A stretch of 64,000 bases of DNA from an uncultured bacterium (lineage in GTDB: Bacteria; Bacillota; Clostridia; Lachnospirales; Lachnospiraceae), in NCBI GenBank assembly GCA_947088515.1, contig CAMUHA010000001.1:2300-66299 (forward strand). Reading direction: 5' to 3'. The notes under the pieces were generated by a model that was not told the origin of the DNA, ran no database searches, and saw only the letters and a list, made by a program, of their open reading frames with translations. The stretch's first letter is position 1. Each line of letters starts with the position of its first letter. Made by a program: the position numbers and the translations under genes. Of the stretch, positions 17,955-26,199 are shown piece by piece.

Positions 17955-20536
17955 AAAAGGTAGCAAACAAGAAAGTTATCCGTACCCTGTATTATCGCAC
18001 AATGCGGGAAAAGCGGTGGAAAAATCTGATTGCAGTTCTGGCAATTGCCTTAACATCAGTGCTTTTTACAGCGTTGTTTACTGTGGGAGGCTCTCTGATA
18101 ACAACGTTTCAGGAATCTACCTTCCGGCAGATTGGAACCAGCGCTCATGGCGGTTATAAGTATCTTTCTGTGGAAGAATACGAAAAAATAAAGGCGGCAG
18201 GCGGCTATAAAGAAATTTCTTATGACATTGTGGCAGGATTTGGGGGATCCCCAGAGTTAAATGCCATTCAGACAGAGGTACGTTATTCCGAAGATAAAGG
18301 GGCAAAATGGAGCTATTGCTATCCGGAAAAAGGAAGGATGCCGGAAGATATCAATGAGTGCGCCGCCAGTAGTAAGGTACTGGAAGCCCTTGGAGTTCCC
18401 CTAAAACTGGGGGAAAAGGTGCCTATCAGCATTCAGACACGCGATGAAGCGGGGAATGAAATTGTTTTGGAAGAAGAATTTATTTTAAGTGGGTTCTGGT
18501 ATTCCAATGATGCCTCCCATGCAGAGGAATTCTGGATTTCAAAGCCCTGGCTGGAGGAACATATTGCTCTTTTGCATAAGAATTATAACAAACGCTTGGA
18601 AGAGGAAGGGGTTTATTATGCCGAAGGCACTATACAGGCAGCAATATACTTTGACTCTGCGTATGACATTGAAGCGCAAATGGAGGAATTGACCAAACGT
18701 GCGGGATTTATGGAAGATGAAGTTAGCATCAGTGTGAACTGGGGATATGCAACGTCTTCAGTGGACGGGATGACTCTGGCAATAGGGATTGGCCTTCTGG
18801 GAATTATTATTTTATCCGGTTATCTGATTATTTACAATATTTTCTATATAAACGTGACTGCAGATATCCGCTATTATGGGCTGTTAAAAACCATAGGAAC
18901 CACAGGAAGGCAGCTTCGTCATATGGTCCGGGGGCAGGCTTTTCTGCTTTCGGGGGCAGGCATTCCTCTGGGGCTTTTGTTTGGGTGGCTTGTAGGAAAA
19001 GGCGCGCTTCCTTCTGTATATGCAGCGTTGGAAACAAGCGGCGTGAGAAGGGTGACGCTGAATCCGGCCGTATTTGCAGGTTCGGCATTGTTTTCCCTGC
19101 TGGTGGTTTATTTAAGCTGTATCAAACCCTGCCGTCTGGCAGCAAAGGTGTCTCCCATTGAAGCGGTGCGGTATGTGGAAAGTATCCAGTGTAAAAAGAA
19201 AGAAAAGAAATCAGCCAGGGTTTCCATGGGCAGAATGGCAGCGGCAAATATGGGGAGAAACAAGCGGAAGGCCGTTCTGGTAGTTGCCTCCTTATCCTTA
19301 AGCCTGATACTGATTAATGGCACCTATTGTCTGGTAAAGGGATTTTCTTTTGATGAATATGTATCAATGTATCTGCTTAGGGATATGCAGATCGGTCATT
19401 ATTCTCTCGTAAACATGGCGGCGCCGGTAAGAGACTATCAGGCAGTTACGCCGGAAATACTTGCGGAAATTAAGGAAATTCCAGGGGTGGAGACTGTCTT
19501 TACCATAAAAAACTCTGGAGGTACGGCAGGAATGCCGGAAAAAATGAAAGATAGATATATAGAATTTTATAATTCTGAGGAAATGGAAGATATGCCATGG
19601 ACAAAGGATATTATAGAGCCAGTCAAGGAAAGCGGGGAGGTAAATACAAATAGCTATTGTATGGAAGAGTCACTTTTTCCGTATATGAAGATTCTGGAGG
19701 GGGATTTTGATGCGGAAAAATATATGCAGGGAGGATATGTGCTGCTTTCAATGAATTATCTTTCAAAATGGGCTTTGGGGTCTGTGGGAGATAAAATCAT
19801 GGTGAAAGGTTATGAGGCGGAAGGCGCACCGGAAAAGGCACCAGAAAAGGCACCGGAAAAAGAGCTGGAGGTGATGGCGATTGTGGAATTCCCCTATTCT
19901 CTTGGCACACGTTCCACAATTGTCGGCGCCGCAGAGCTTTTGGTCAGTGAAAAGGATTTTGAGGAATTGTATATCACAAAAGGCTTCCTTCATGCCTGTC
20001 TGGATGTGGAAGATGGAAAGGAAGAGCAGGTGGCGGATGAGATAAATGGATGGATAGCGGCACAGCATCCGGAGCTTGCGCTTACTACGAAAGAGTCTCT
20101 TAGACAGGAATTTTCCAAAGAAATGAGAATGTTTTCTGTGATAGGCGGGCTGCTTGGTTTTATTTTGGCTATTATCGGAGTTTTAAATTTAGCTAATGCA
20201 ATGATAACGGGAATTTTATCCAGAAAACAGGAATTTGCCATGATGCAGGCAGTTGGAATGACTGGCAGGCAGTTAGAACAGATGCTGACAATGGAGGGAA
20301 TCTGGTATGGTATCTGGACGCTGGCCATTGTGGCTACGATTGGTAATGTAATAAGTTATGGACTGATTTATATGCTGGGGAAAAACATGAACTTCTTTGT
20401 ATGGGAGTTCCATATACTGCCTCTTGTGGTGAGTGTTCCTGTGCTGGCAGCATTTTCAGCGCTCCTGCCGGTTGTGTGTTATCATGCTTTGTGCAAAAAG
20501 AGCATTATTGAAAGACTTCGCCTGGCGGAGGTTTAG
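17951..20536 (+). CDS. ABC transporter permease (two FtsX-like domains)
   Basis: Duplicated FtsX-type TM blocks (YGLLKTIG; EFAMMQAVG) with large extracellular loops; ATGA overlap with the ATPase gene. Confidence 0.9.
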   Translation: MKKVANKKVIRTLYYRTMREKRWKNLIAVLAIALTSVLFTALFTVGGSLITTFQESTFRQIGTSAHGGYKYLSVEEYEKIKAAGGYKEISYDIVAGFGGSPELNAIQTEVRYSEDKGAKWSYCYPEKGRMPEDINECAASSKVLEALGVPLKLGEKVPISIQTRDEAGNEIVLEEEFILSGFWYSNDASHAEEFWISKPWLEEHIALLHKNYNKRLEEEGVYYAEGTIQAAIYFDSAYDIEAQMEELTKRAGFMEDEVSISVNWGYATSSVDGMTLAIGIGLLGIIILSGYLIIYNIFYINVTADIRYYGLLKTIGTTGRQLRHMVRGQAFLLSGAGIPLGLLFGWLVGKGALPSVYAALETSGVRRVTLNPAVFAGSALFSLLVVYLSCIKPCRLAAKVSPIEAVRYVESIQCKKKEKKSARVSMGRMAAANMGRNKRKAVLVVASLSLSLILINGTYCLVKGFSFDEYVSMYLLRDMQIGHYSLVNMAAPVRDYQAVTPEILAEIKEIPGVETVFTIKNSGGTAGMPEKMKDRYIEFYNSEEMEDMPWTKDIIEPVKESGEVNTNSYCMEESLFPYMKILEGDFDAEKYMQGGYVLLSMNYLSKWALGSVGDKIMVKGYEAEGAPEKAPEKAPEKELEVMAIVEFPYSLGTRSTIVGAAELLVSEKDFEELYITKGFLHACLDVEDGKEEQVADEINGWIAAQHPELALTTKESLRQEFSKEMRMFSVIGGLLGFILAIIGVLNLANAMITGILSRKQEFAMMQAVGMTGRQLEQMLTMEGIWYGIWTLAIVATIGNVISYGLIYMLGKNMNFFVWEFHILPLVVSVPVLAAFSALLPVVCYHALCKKSIIERLRLAEV
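19826..19861 (+). repeat. In-frame 12-bp tandem repeat x3 (APEK)
   Basis: gcaccggaaaag gcaccagaaaag gcaccggaaaaa. Confidence 0.9.
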
Positions 20537-20553
20537 AAGCAGAAAATTGAAAG

Positions 20554-20586
20554 GCAGCGGCATTACAATTCTTTTAATGCCGCTGC
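20554..20586. terminator. Hairpin between the convergent permease and pseG, overlapping the pseG stop
   Basis: gcagcggcatta/taatgccgctgc perfect 12-bp stem. Confidence 0.6.
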
Positions 20587-21801
20587 AATGCGTAAAGCGC
20601 CCTGCCCATCAACAAACCGCCGCATAGCGTCATGGGCAGTTTTTCTTTGGGAAAAGGAACAACTGACTTTAGGGGAGTTTTCCTGGATAGAAGAAATGGC
20701 AGTGTCAAAACAACAGTCAGAATATGACATACATGTCATAGAATCAATAAATGACAGCACATTTTCGAAAACCTTGTCGGGTTCGTTCCTTATATCCCCC
20801 ATATATGGAATTGCCCTTTCCTGGTGAAAGGCGTTGGCAGAAGGAATCTGGTTGTCGGCCATGGTGAAGCTTACAGATGGAATGCCAAGGGCACACAGCT
20901 CGTAAAGGGTGGTGCCGGCAGCAGAAACTGCCAGGTCGCATTTTTCCATCAGGGAGGCCATATCACTAACCGCTTCATGGAGCTGCAAAAGGGGAAGGGA
21001 TGCAGCAAGCTGCCGAAGCTTTTGGGTATCCGTATTTAATTTACCCACTGCCAAATGGAAAGTAATATCACGGATTTGCGGGACTGACAGGCTTGGGGGG
21101 CAGGATTTTCCGGTATGGATGAGGAGAATCTGCCGGGCAAAGTCCAGACAAAAATGACAGGGGTCACTGCCGCCTGTGGTTATAAGTATATCTGTTACCT
21201 TTGTCTTGATGGTTATCTGTCTGTTTAGAAACTGTGGGCGCAGGGGAGTATAAGCAGCGCCAAGAAGGAGCTTTCCTGCATTTTGATAAGCGGCTCTGTA
21301 GGAAGGCATAAGCTCATCTGGTATAATATCATAATTGATAACCAGGTCAGCCGGGTAGTCAAAAAGCTGTAAATCATCCAGATAAGCGGTTTTAACTAAA
21401 GGCTTTAAGGAGGAAAAATATTTATCTGTTATATAATAGGAATCAATAAAATAAACGATTTCTTTATTTGTGACATTTGTGTCATGAATAAAAGTATTTA
21501 TAGCAGGGTAAGGGAAGGAAAGCAGGGAGATAATTTCTGGAAGTTCCTGTTCCAGATGATTATAGGCGGCTGACTTTAAGTTTATGACGGGAATGTGGTT
21601 TGCTGCATTCCCGTCAGTTTTTTCCACGGTATTTAGAAGTCCCTTAAGCAGCAGGGAGCTTTCTTTATCAGAAACCAGAAAGCACACTTCCATACCAGCC
21701 CTTTGGCAGGCAAGGGCAATGGAAAAACAGCGTACCAGATGGCCGGATGCTATTTGACTGTTTCCATCTGTTCTAAAGCATATTAGCCGATTAGCTCCCA
21801 T
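20563..21801 (-). CDS. pseG: UDP-2,4-diacetamido-2,4,6-trideoxy-beta-L-altropyranose hydrolase (PseG-like)
   Basis: FRTDGNSQIASGHLVRC, ITTGGSD, SAAGTTLYE and ADNQ motifs; follows pseI. Confidence 0.82.
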   Translation of the reverse strand: MGANRLICFRTDGNSQIASGHLVRCFSIALACQRAGMEVCFLVSDKESSLLLKGLLNTVEKTDGNAANHIPVINLKSAAYNHLEQELPEIISLLSFPYPAINTFIHDTNVTNKEIVYFIDSYYITDKYFSSLKPLVKTAYLDDLQLFDYPADLVINYDIIPDELMPSYRAAYQNAGKLLLGAAYTPLRPQFLNRQITIKTKVTDILITTGGSDPCHFCLDFARQILLIHTGKSCPPSLSVPQIRDITFHLAVGKLNTDTQKLRQLAASLPLLQLHEAVSDMASLMEKCDLAVSAAGTTLYELCALGIPSVSFTMADNQIPSANAFHQERAIPYMGDIRNEPDKVFENVLSFIDSMTCMSYSDCCFDTAISSIQENSPKVSCSFSQRKTAHDAMRRFVDGQGALRIAAALKEL

Positions 21802-22844
21802 GAGAGTGGCGTTCCTTTCTTCAAGAATTTTCTGGCCGTTTTGCCTAATATTTCCTCATAATACATGGTATGAAGTCCATTTAGCCCATTGCCGGGACGG
21901 ATGGAGCGGACGTTTGCTGCTGTAAGAATCTCTCCGGCAGCGATATCCTTAACAGCAAATAAGGAACGTGAACCGCCATGTTCCAGCTTCTGGGTGTCGG
22001 TAAGACAATATTCGCTGCTGCCAAGGGCCTTTTCCATAATGCGGATATCTTTTACCAGATGGGCAAACTCCTCAGGCTCCATGGAAAAGGCTCCGTCAGG
22101 GCCGCCGTCAGACCGCCGCAGGGTGATGTGCTTTTCCACCATCTTTACGCCAAGGGCAATGGAGCCGGCGGAGACGATGGTTCCCATGGTATGGTCAGAG
22201 ATTCCCACCAGGCAGTCATAGGTTTTGGCCAGCGTGGGGATGACATTTAAGTTTACATCTTCGTAAGGAGTGGGGTAGGCGGAAACGCATTTTAAAAGAA
22301 TTATATCTTCATTCCCCTCTTCCCTGCATACGCAAATGGCACGGCTTATATCCTCCGGGTAAGCGACTCCGGTGGACAAAATTACAGGCTTGTGAAGCCG
22401 GGCAACCTTTCGGATTAAAGGAATGTCATTAATTTCGTAAGAAGCGATTTTGTATGCCGGCACATCCATTTTTTCAAGAAAATCAACAGATGTAAAGTCA
22501 AAAGGGGAGGAAAAACATTCCAGTCCCAGCCTAAGCGCCTCTTCTTTAAGCCTTGGCTGCCATTCCCACGGTGTGTATGCCTCGCTGTAAAGCTTGTAAA
22601 GAGTGGTTCCGTCCCAGATGGTTCCTTCATTGATTTGAAAATGGGGGTCATCACAGTCAATAGTGATGGAGTCAGCAGTATAAGTCTGTAGTTTCACTGC
22701 ATCGGCGCCTGCTTCTTTGGCGGCATGGATAATTTCCAGCGCCCTGCCATAGTCCTGATTGTGGTTGGCGGAGAGCTCTGCCACAACAAAAACAGGAGAG
22801 GTTTCACTGATGGTCCGGGTTCCGATTTTGATTTCTTTATTCAT
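21783..22844 (-). CDS. pseI: Pseudaminic acid synthase
   Basis: AELSANHNQ, AVKLQTYTAD, AYTPWEW, KIASYE, LKCVSAYP, SDHT, EKH and C-terminal SAF domain. Confidence 0.9.
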   Translation of the reverse strand: MNKEIKIGTRTISETSPVFVVAELSANHNQDYGRALEIIHAAKEAGADAVKLQTYTADSITIDCDDPHFQINEGTIWDGTTLYKLYSEAYTPWEWQPRLKEEALRLGLECFSSPFDFTSVDFLEKMDVPAYKIASYEINDIPLIRKVARLHKPVILSTGVAYPEDISRAICVCREEGNEDIILLKCVSAYPTPYEDVNLNVIPTLAKTYDCLVGISDHTMGTIVSAGSIALGVKMVEKHITLRRSDGGPDGAFSMEPEEFAHLVKDIRIMEKALGSSEYCLTDTQKLEHGGSRSLFAVKDIAAGEILTAANVRSIRPGNGLNGLHTMYYEEILGKTARKFLKKGTPLSWELIG

Positions 22845-22887
22845 AAATTACCTCATAAAAATTTTTCTTTTAATGTCTGTGGGACTT

Positions 22888-24084
22888 TTAAAAATAGTTT
22901 TTTTGTAAAAATTCCTCATTTGTCCAGGTTTCTCTTGCTTTAAACAAAGAGTGGTCTTCCCGTTCCACATAGACAGCCGGAAAATAGTTGATAAACAATG
23001 GGTTCAGGCACATGGTATACCCGCCGGCTGTGTCGTAGATAACCTTATCTCCGGGAACAAGAGCCGGGCCGTCATTGATTTCAAAAAGCTTGTCGTACTC
23101 CATGCAGGTGGCTCCGCACACCCATTGGGAAGGTTCTGTATTTCTGATGGAAGGGTCAGAAAGATACTCCATATGGTGGGGGTAAACGTGTCTGGTGACA
23201 AGCGGGTTTAAGTTGGTGCGGCTGCCATCTGTCACCACAAATTTCCGGCCACGGATGTCTTTGACATCAATTACGGCGGTTTCAAAAGTGGTGGCGCGGG
23301 AAATAAGGGAAACGCCTGGCTCTGCAATCAGTATTGTTTTCCGGGGGTCAAAGTGGGCAGACAGTTCTTTTCCTATTTCTTTAAAGTAGTCCTGGTAATT
23401 TGGCATATCATCCCTGCCGCCGAAGTAGCCGCCGCCCATATCTACATAAGAAAGGGAAAGGTTATATTCTTTGGCGATGCGAACCGCCATTTTGGCAAGG
23501 GCGCCAAAGACCTGTACGGAACGGGATTTGGTGGAGGTGTGCAGATGAAGACCGGAAATCCTCACATTGGGAAGCTGGGAAAGGCGGTCAATCACATTTT
23601 TTAAAACCCCGTTTTCATAGCAATAGCCAAATCTGCCGCACTCTCCAAAGGCAGGTTCTTCCTCCGTACAAAGGGATGCAATATCACAGTTTACCCGCAG
23701 TCCGATTTTTAAATGCCGGTTGGGATAACTGGCGCTGAATTCTTCCATCCAGTCAAGCTCATAGTTCGAATCCAGATTGATATATCCCCCGGAAAGCAGC
23801 AGAGATTCAAACACCTTTTTATCCTTAACAGGGCCGTTATAAATAATTTGTTTTTCTAAAAAACCCATCCGAAGGGCAAGGTCGTATTCGTTTTTTGACA
23901 CTACTTCCGCATAAAAACCGTGGGACTTCAGGTAAGTAAGAAGCCATGGAAGGGAGTTGGTTTTTACGGAATATCCCGCAATATAGTTGCCCCAGTTTTG
24001 GGACAGGGAATCTTTTAAAAGTGAAATATCATATAGTAAATCCTTTTCCCTGATTAGAAAAAAAGGCGTTTTGGGCTGTTTCAT
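22888..24084 (-). CDS. PLP-dependent decarboxylase, diaminopimelate/ornithine decarboxylase family
   Basis: YSVKTN (PLP Lys), YNGPVK, GLHLH, DMGGG, AEPG, GATCME.D and GGY motifs. Confidence 0.85.
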   Translation of the reverse strand: MKQPKTPFFLIREKDLLYDISLLKDSLSQNWGNYIAGYSVKTNSLPWLLTYLKSHGFYAEVVSKNEYDLALRMGFLEKQIIYNGPVKDKKVFESLLLSGGYINLDSNYELDWMEEFSASYPNRHLKIGLRVNCDIASLCTEEEPAFGECGRFGYCYENGVLKNVIDRLSQLPNVRISGLHLHTSTKSRSVQVFGALAKMAVRIAKEYNLSLSYVDMGGGYFGGRDDMPNYQDYFKEIGKELSAHFDPRKTILIAEPGVSLISRATTFETAVIDVKDIRGRKFVVTDGSRTNLNPLVTRHVYPHHMEYLSDPSIRNTEPSQWVCGATCMEYDKLFEINDGPALVPGDKVIYDTAGGYTMCLNPLFINYFPAVYVEREDHSLFKARETWTNEEFLQKNYF

Positions 24085-24806
24085 TGACAGTTACCTCCTT
24101 TGATGGATGATGCGCTGCTTTGGTGCAGCGTTTGGTACTTAAGCTCTGCCATCTGCCAGTCTTCCATAGTATCAATATCCTGAACCTCCATTTCTGTCAG
24201 CACAAGGGGAAGAAGGGAGGGAACATCCGTTGTGCCTTCCCTGAAAAAGGCGTCTGTCCGGCAGGCATAGAACTGGCCGCAGTCATGGTAAACGGTTGGA
24301 AGGTCCTGACTGCGGGCTGCGGCATATTGGGGAAACTGCCGCTTTAGAAAGCCGTCTGTGCCGATGAGAAGTCCCCGCTGGGGCGGGTAAGAAAAAGGAA
24401 CTACAGGCATAACGCTATCTGCGCTCTCCAACAATTCCATGGCGATGCGCAGCCGCTGGCCGCTTAAAAAGGGAGCCGTAGGGTAAATACAGCAAAAAGA
24501 GACAAAATTCTGTCCCAGTTTTTGATAGGATTGCAGCACTTCCATAATCACATCGTCTGTGGAAGCATAATCTCCTGCAGTTTCCGGCGACCGGAAAAAG
24601 GGAACGCTGGCCCCTGCCTTTTGGGCAATTTCTGCAATTTCTTTATCGTCTGTGGAAACCATAATTTCATCAAAAACACCAGCGCATCTGGCAGCTTCAA
24701 TGGAATAATGCAAAATAGGCTTCCCGCAGAATTCCTTTATATTTTTACGTGGAATCCGTTTACTGCCGCCCCGGGCGGTAATAATTGCTAGTCTTTTATT
24801 GTTCAA
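24081..24806 (-). CDS. pseF: Pseudaminic acid cytidylyltransferase
   Basis: ARGGSKRIPRKNI, VSTDD, CCIYPTAPF, RSQDL, HDCGQFY and VQDIDT motifs. Confidence 0.9.
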   Translation of the reverse strand: MNNKRLAIITARGGSKRIPRKNIKEFCGKPILHYSIEAARCAGVFDEIMVSTDDKEIAEIAQKAGASVPFFRSPETAGDYASTDDVIMEVLQSYQKLGQNFVSFCCIYPTAPFLSGQRLRIAMELLESADSVMPVVPFSYPPQRGLLIGTDGFLKRQFPQYAAARSQDLPTVYHDCGQFYACRTDAFFREGTTDVPSLLPLVLTEMEVQDIDTMEDWQMAELKYQTLHQSSASSIKGGNCQ

Positions 24807-25001
24807 GTTTTCCTCATTTCTGCTTTGTGTTTTGCAAAGCTGGTTGTATTGGCTCTATACTGCAGACAGTTTGATTATACAACATGAAAAGCAAATTATA
24901 AAGACTGTGAAGTATAGTCAGAAAATTTTATGAAGCAGATGACAGGCTGTGGAAAATGTAATATTATAAATATAAAACAGTATTGTCTAAGCGAAAGGTA
25001 A

Positions 25002-26129
25002 ATGAAGGGAGTTATTCCGAACTTGAGTGTCCAGAAACAGAAAAAGAGAATTTATATTTGCCATACTTATTATCATGCGTATATTGCATGTCTGAAGGAA
25101 CTGAATCTGCCGGAAAATGGAAGCGGGGCAGTAAGGGGGCAGGCGTCCCTGATGTTAAGTTCCCTGTCAAATGATTTTGGCAATTTAGCAAAGAGAGTCA
25201 CAAAATCGGGACTTTTTGCGGAGGTGATTCCATACGAGGAAAAGGAAGAGCGCTTTTTCCCGCAGCTTGAAAAGTATCATAAGGACAGGGGAAATATTCT
25301 GCTTAATATGCTTGCGAGAATAAGGTTTACCAAAATGATGGGGCGTCTTCAGGCGCCCTTTGTGCCTGTGGATTTGAAAGAATATGAGGATATTTATGTG
25401 TTCTGTGATTCAGACCCCATAGGGTATTATTTAAATGCCTTTAAAATTTATTATCACGCCCTGGAAGACGGACTTGACTGCATACGGTATTATGACACGG
25501 CAAGATACGATAACCGCAGGCACTTTAAGCTGAAAGCATGGATGGCGGCAAGAAACCTTATCTTTATCCAGAATGGATATGCAAAATATTGTCTGGACAT
25601 GGAGGTTAATGACATTTCTGTGCTGCAGTATTCCTGTCCCAAATATATTGAGAAACCGCGGAGGGAACTGACACAGGGGCTGAAAGAAAAAGAAAAAAAG
25701 ACATTGGTGTCAATTTTTATAGAAGACAGGGAGGCGCTGGAAAAAACGCTTTTATATGGAAGGGGAGATAAACATAAAGTTTTGGTTTTGTCAGAGCCTT
25801 TATGCGATATGGAAACAAGAGCGCGGATTTTTCAGGATATTATAAAGGAATATGGCAATATTGGGGGAATGCAGGCACAGATTCTGATTAAAGTCCATCC
25901 AAGGGATACGCTGGATTACAGGAAGCTTTTTCCGCAGCATATTGTACTTGACGGTAAATTTCCCATGGAGATTTTAAATGATATACCGGGGCTTATTTTT
26001 GACAGGGTTGTCACTGTGTTTACTGTGCCATCGGCCATTATGTTTGCCAGAGAAAAGATTTTTCTGGGGGAGGATTTTATGGATAAATATGAAGCACCTG
26101 AAATTCACCGTCAGAATGAACAGATTTGA
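25002..26129 (+). CDS. Sialyltransferase-like glycosyltransferase (candidate nonulosonic acid transferase)
   Basis: N-terminal ICHTYYH, LEDG, IKVHPRD and FPMEI motifs as in bacterial CMP-sialic acid-dependent GTs; divergent from the pse operon. Confidence 0.65.
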   Translation: MKGVIPNLSVQKQKKRIYICHTYYHAYIACLKELNLPENGSGAVRGQASLMLSSLSNDFGNLAKRVTKSGLFAEVIPYEEKEERFFPQLEKYHKDRGNILLNMLARIRFTKMMGRLQAPFVPVDLKEYEDIYVFCDSDPIGYYLNAFKIYYHALEDGLDCIRYYDTARYDNRRHFKLKAWMAARNLIFIQNGYAKYCLDMEVNDISVLQYSCPKYIEKPRRELTQGLKEKEKKTLVSIFIEDREALEKTLLYGRGDKHKVLVLSEPLCDMETRARIFQDIIKEYGNIGGMQAQILIKVHPRDTLDYRKLFPQHIVLDGKFPMEILNDIPGLIFDRVVTVFTVPSAIMFAREKIFLGEDFMDKYEAPEIHRQNEQI

Positions 26130-26199
26130 CCCCAAGAGCCCGCTTAGGCGCTGGACGGTTTTTGTCTGTGCAAATACGCCCAGGTATGGAGGAATTTAA

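Noticed and set aside
26128..26197. Possible further copy of repeat family 1
   Set aside because: Shares only CCAAGAGCC with the 33.1-kb copy; lacks the closing stem and the CGGAAC tail
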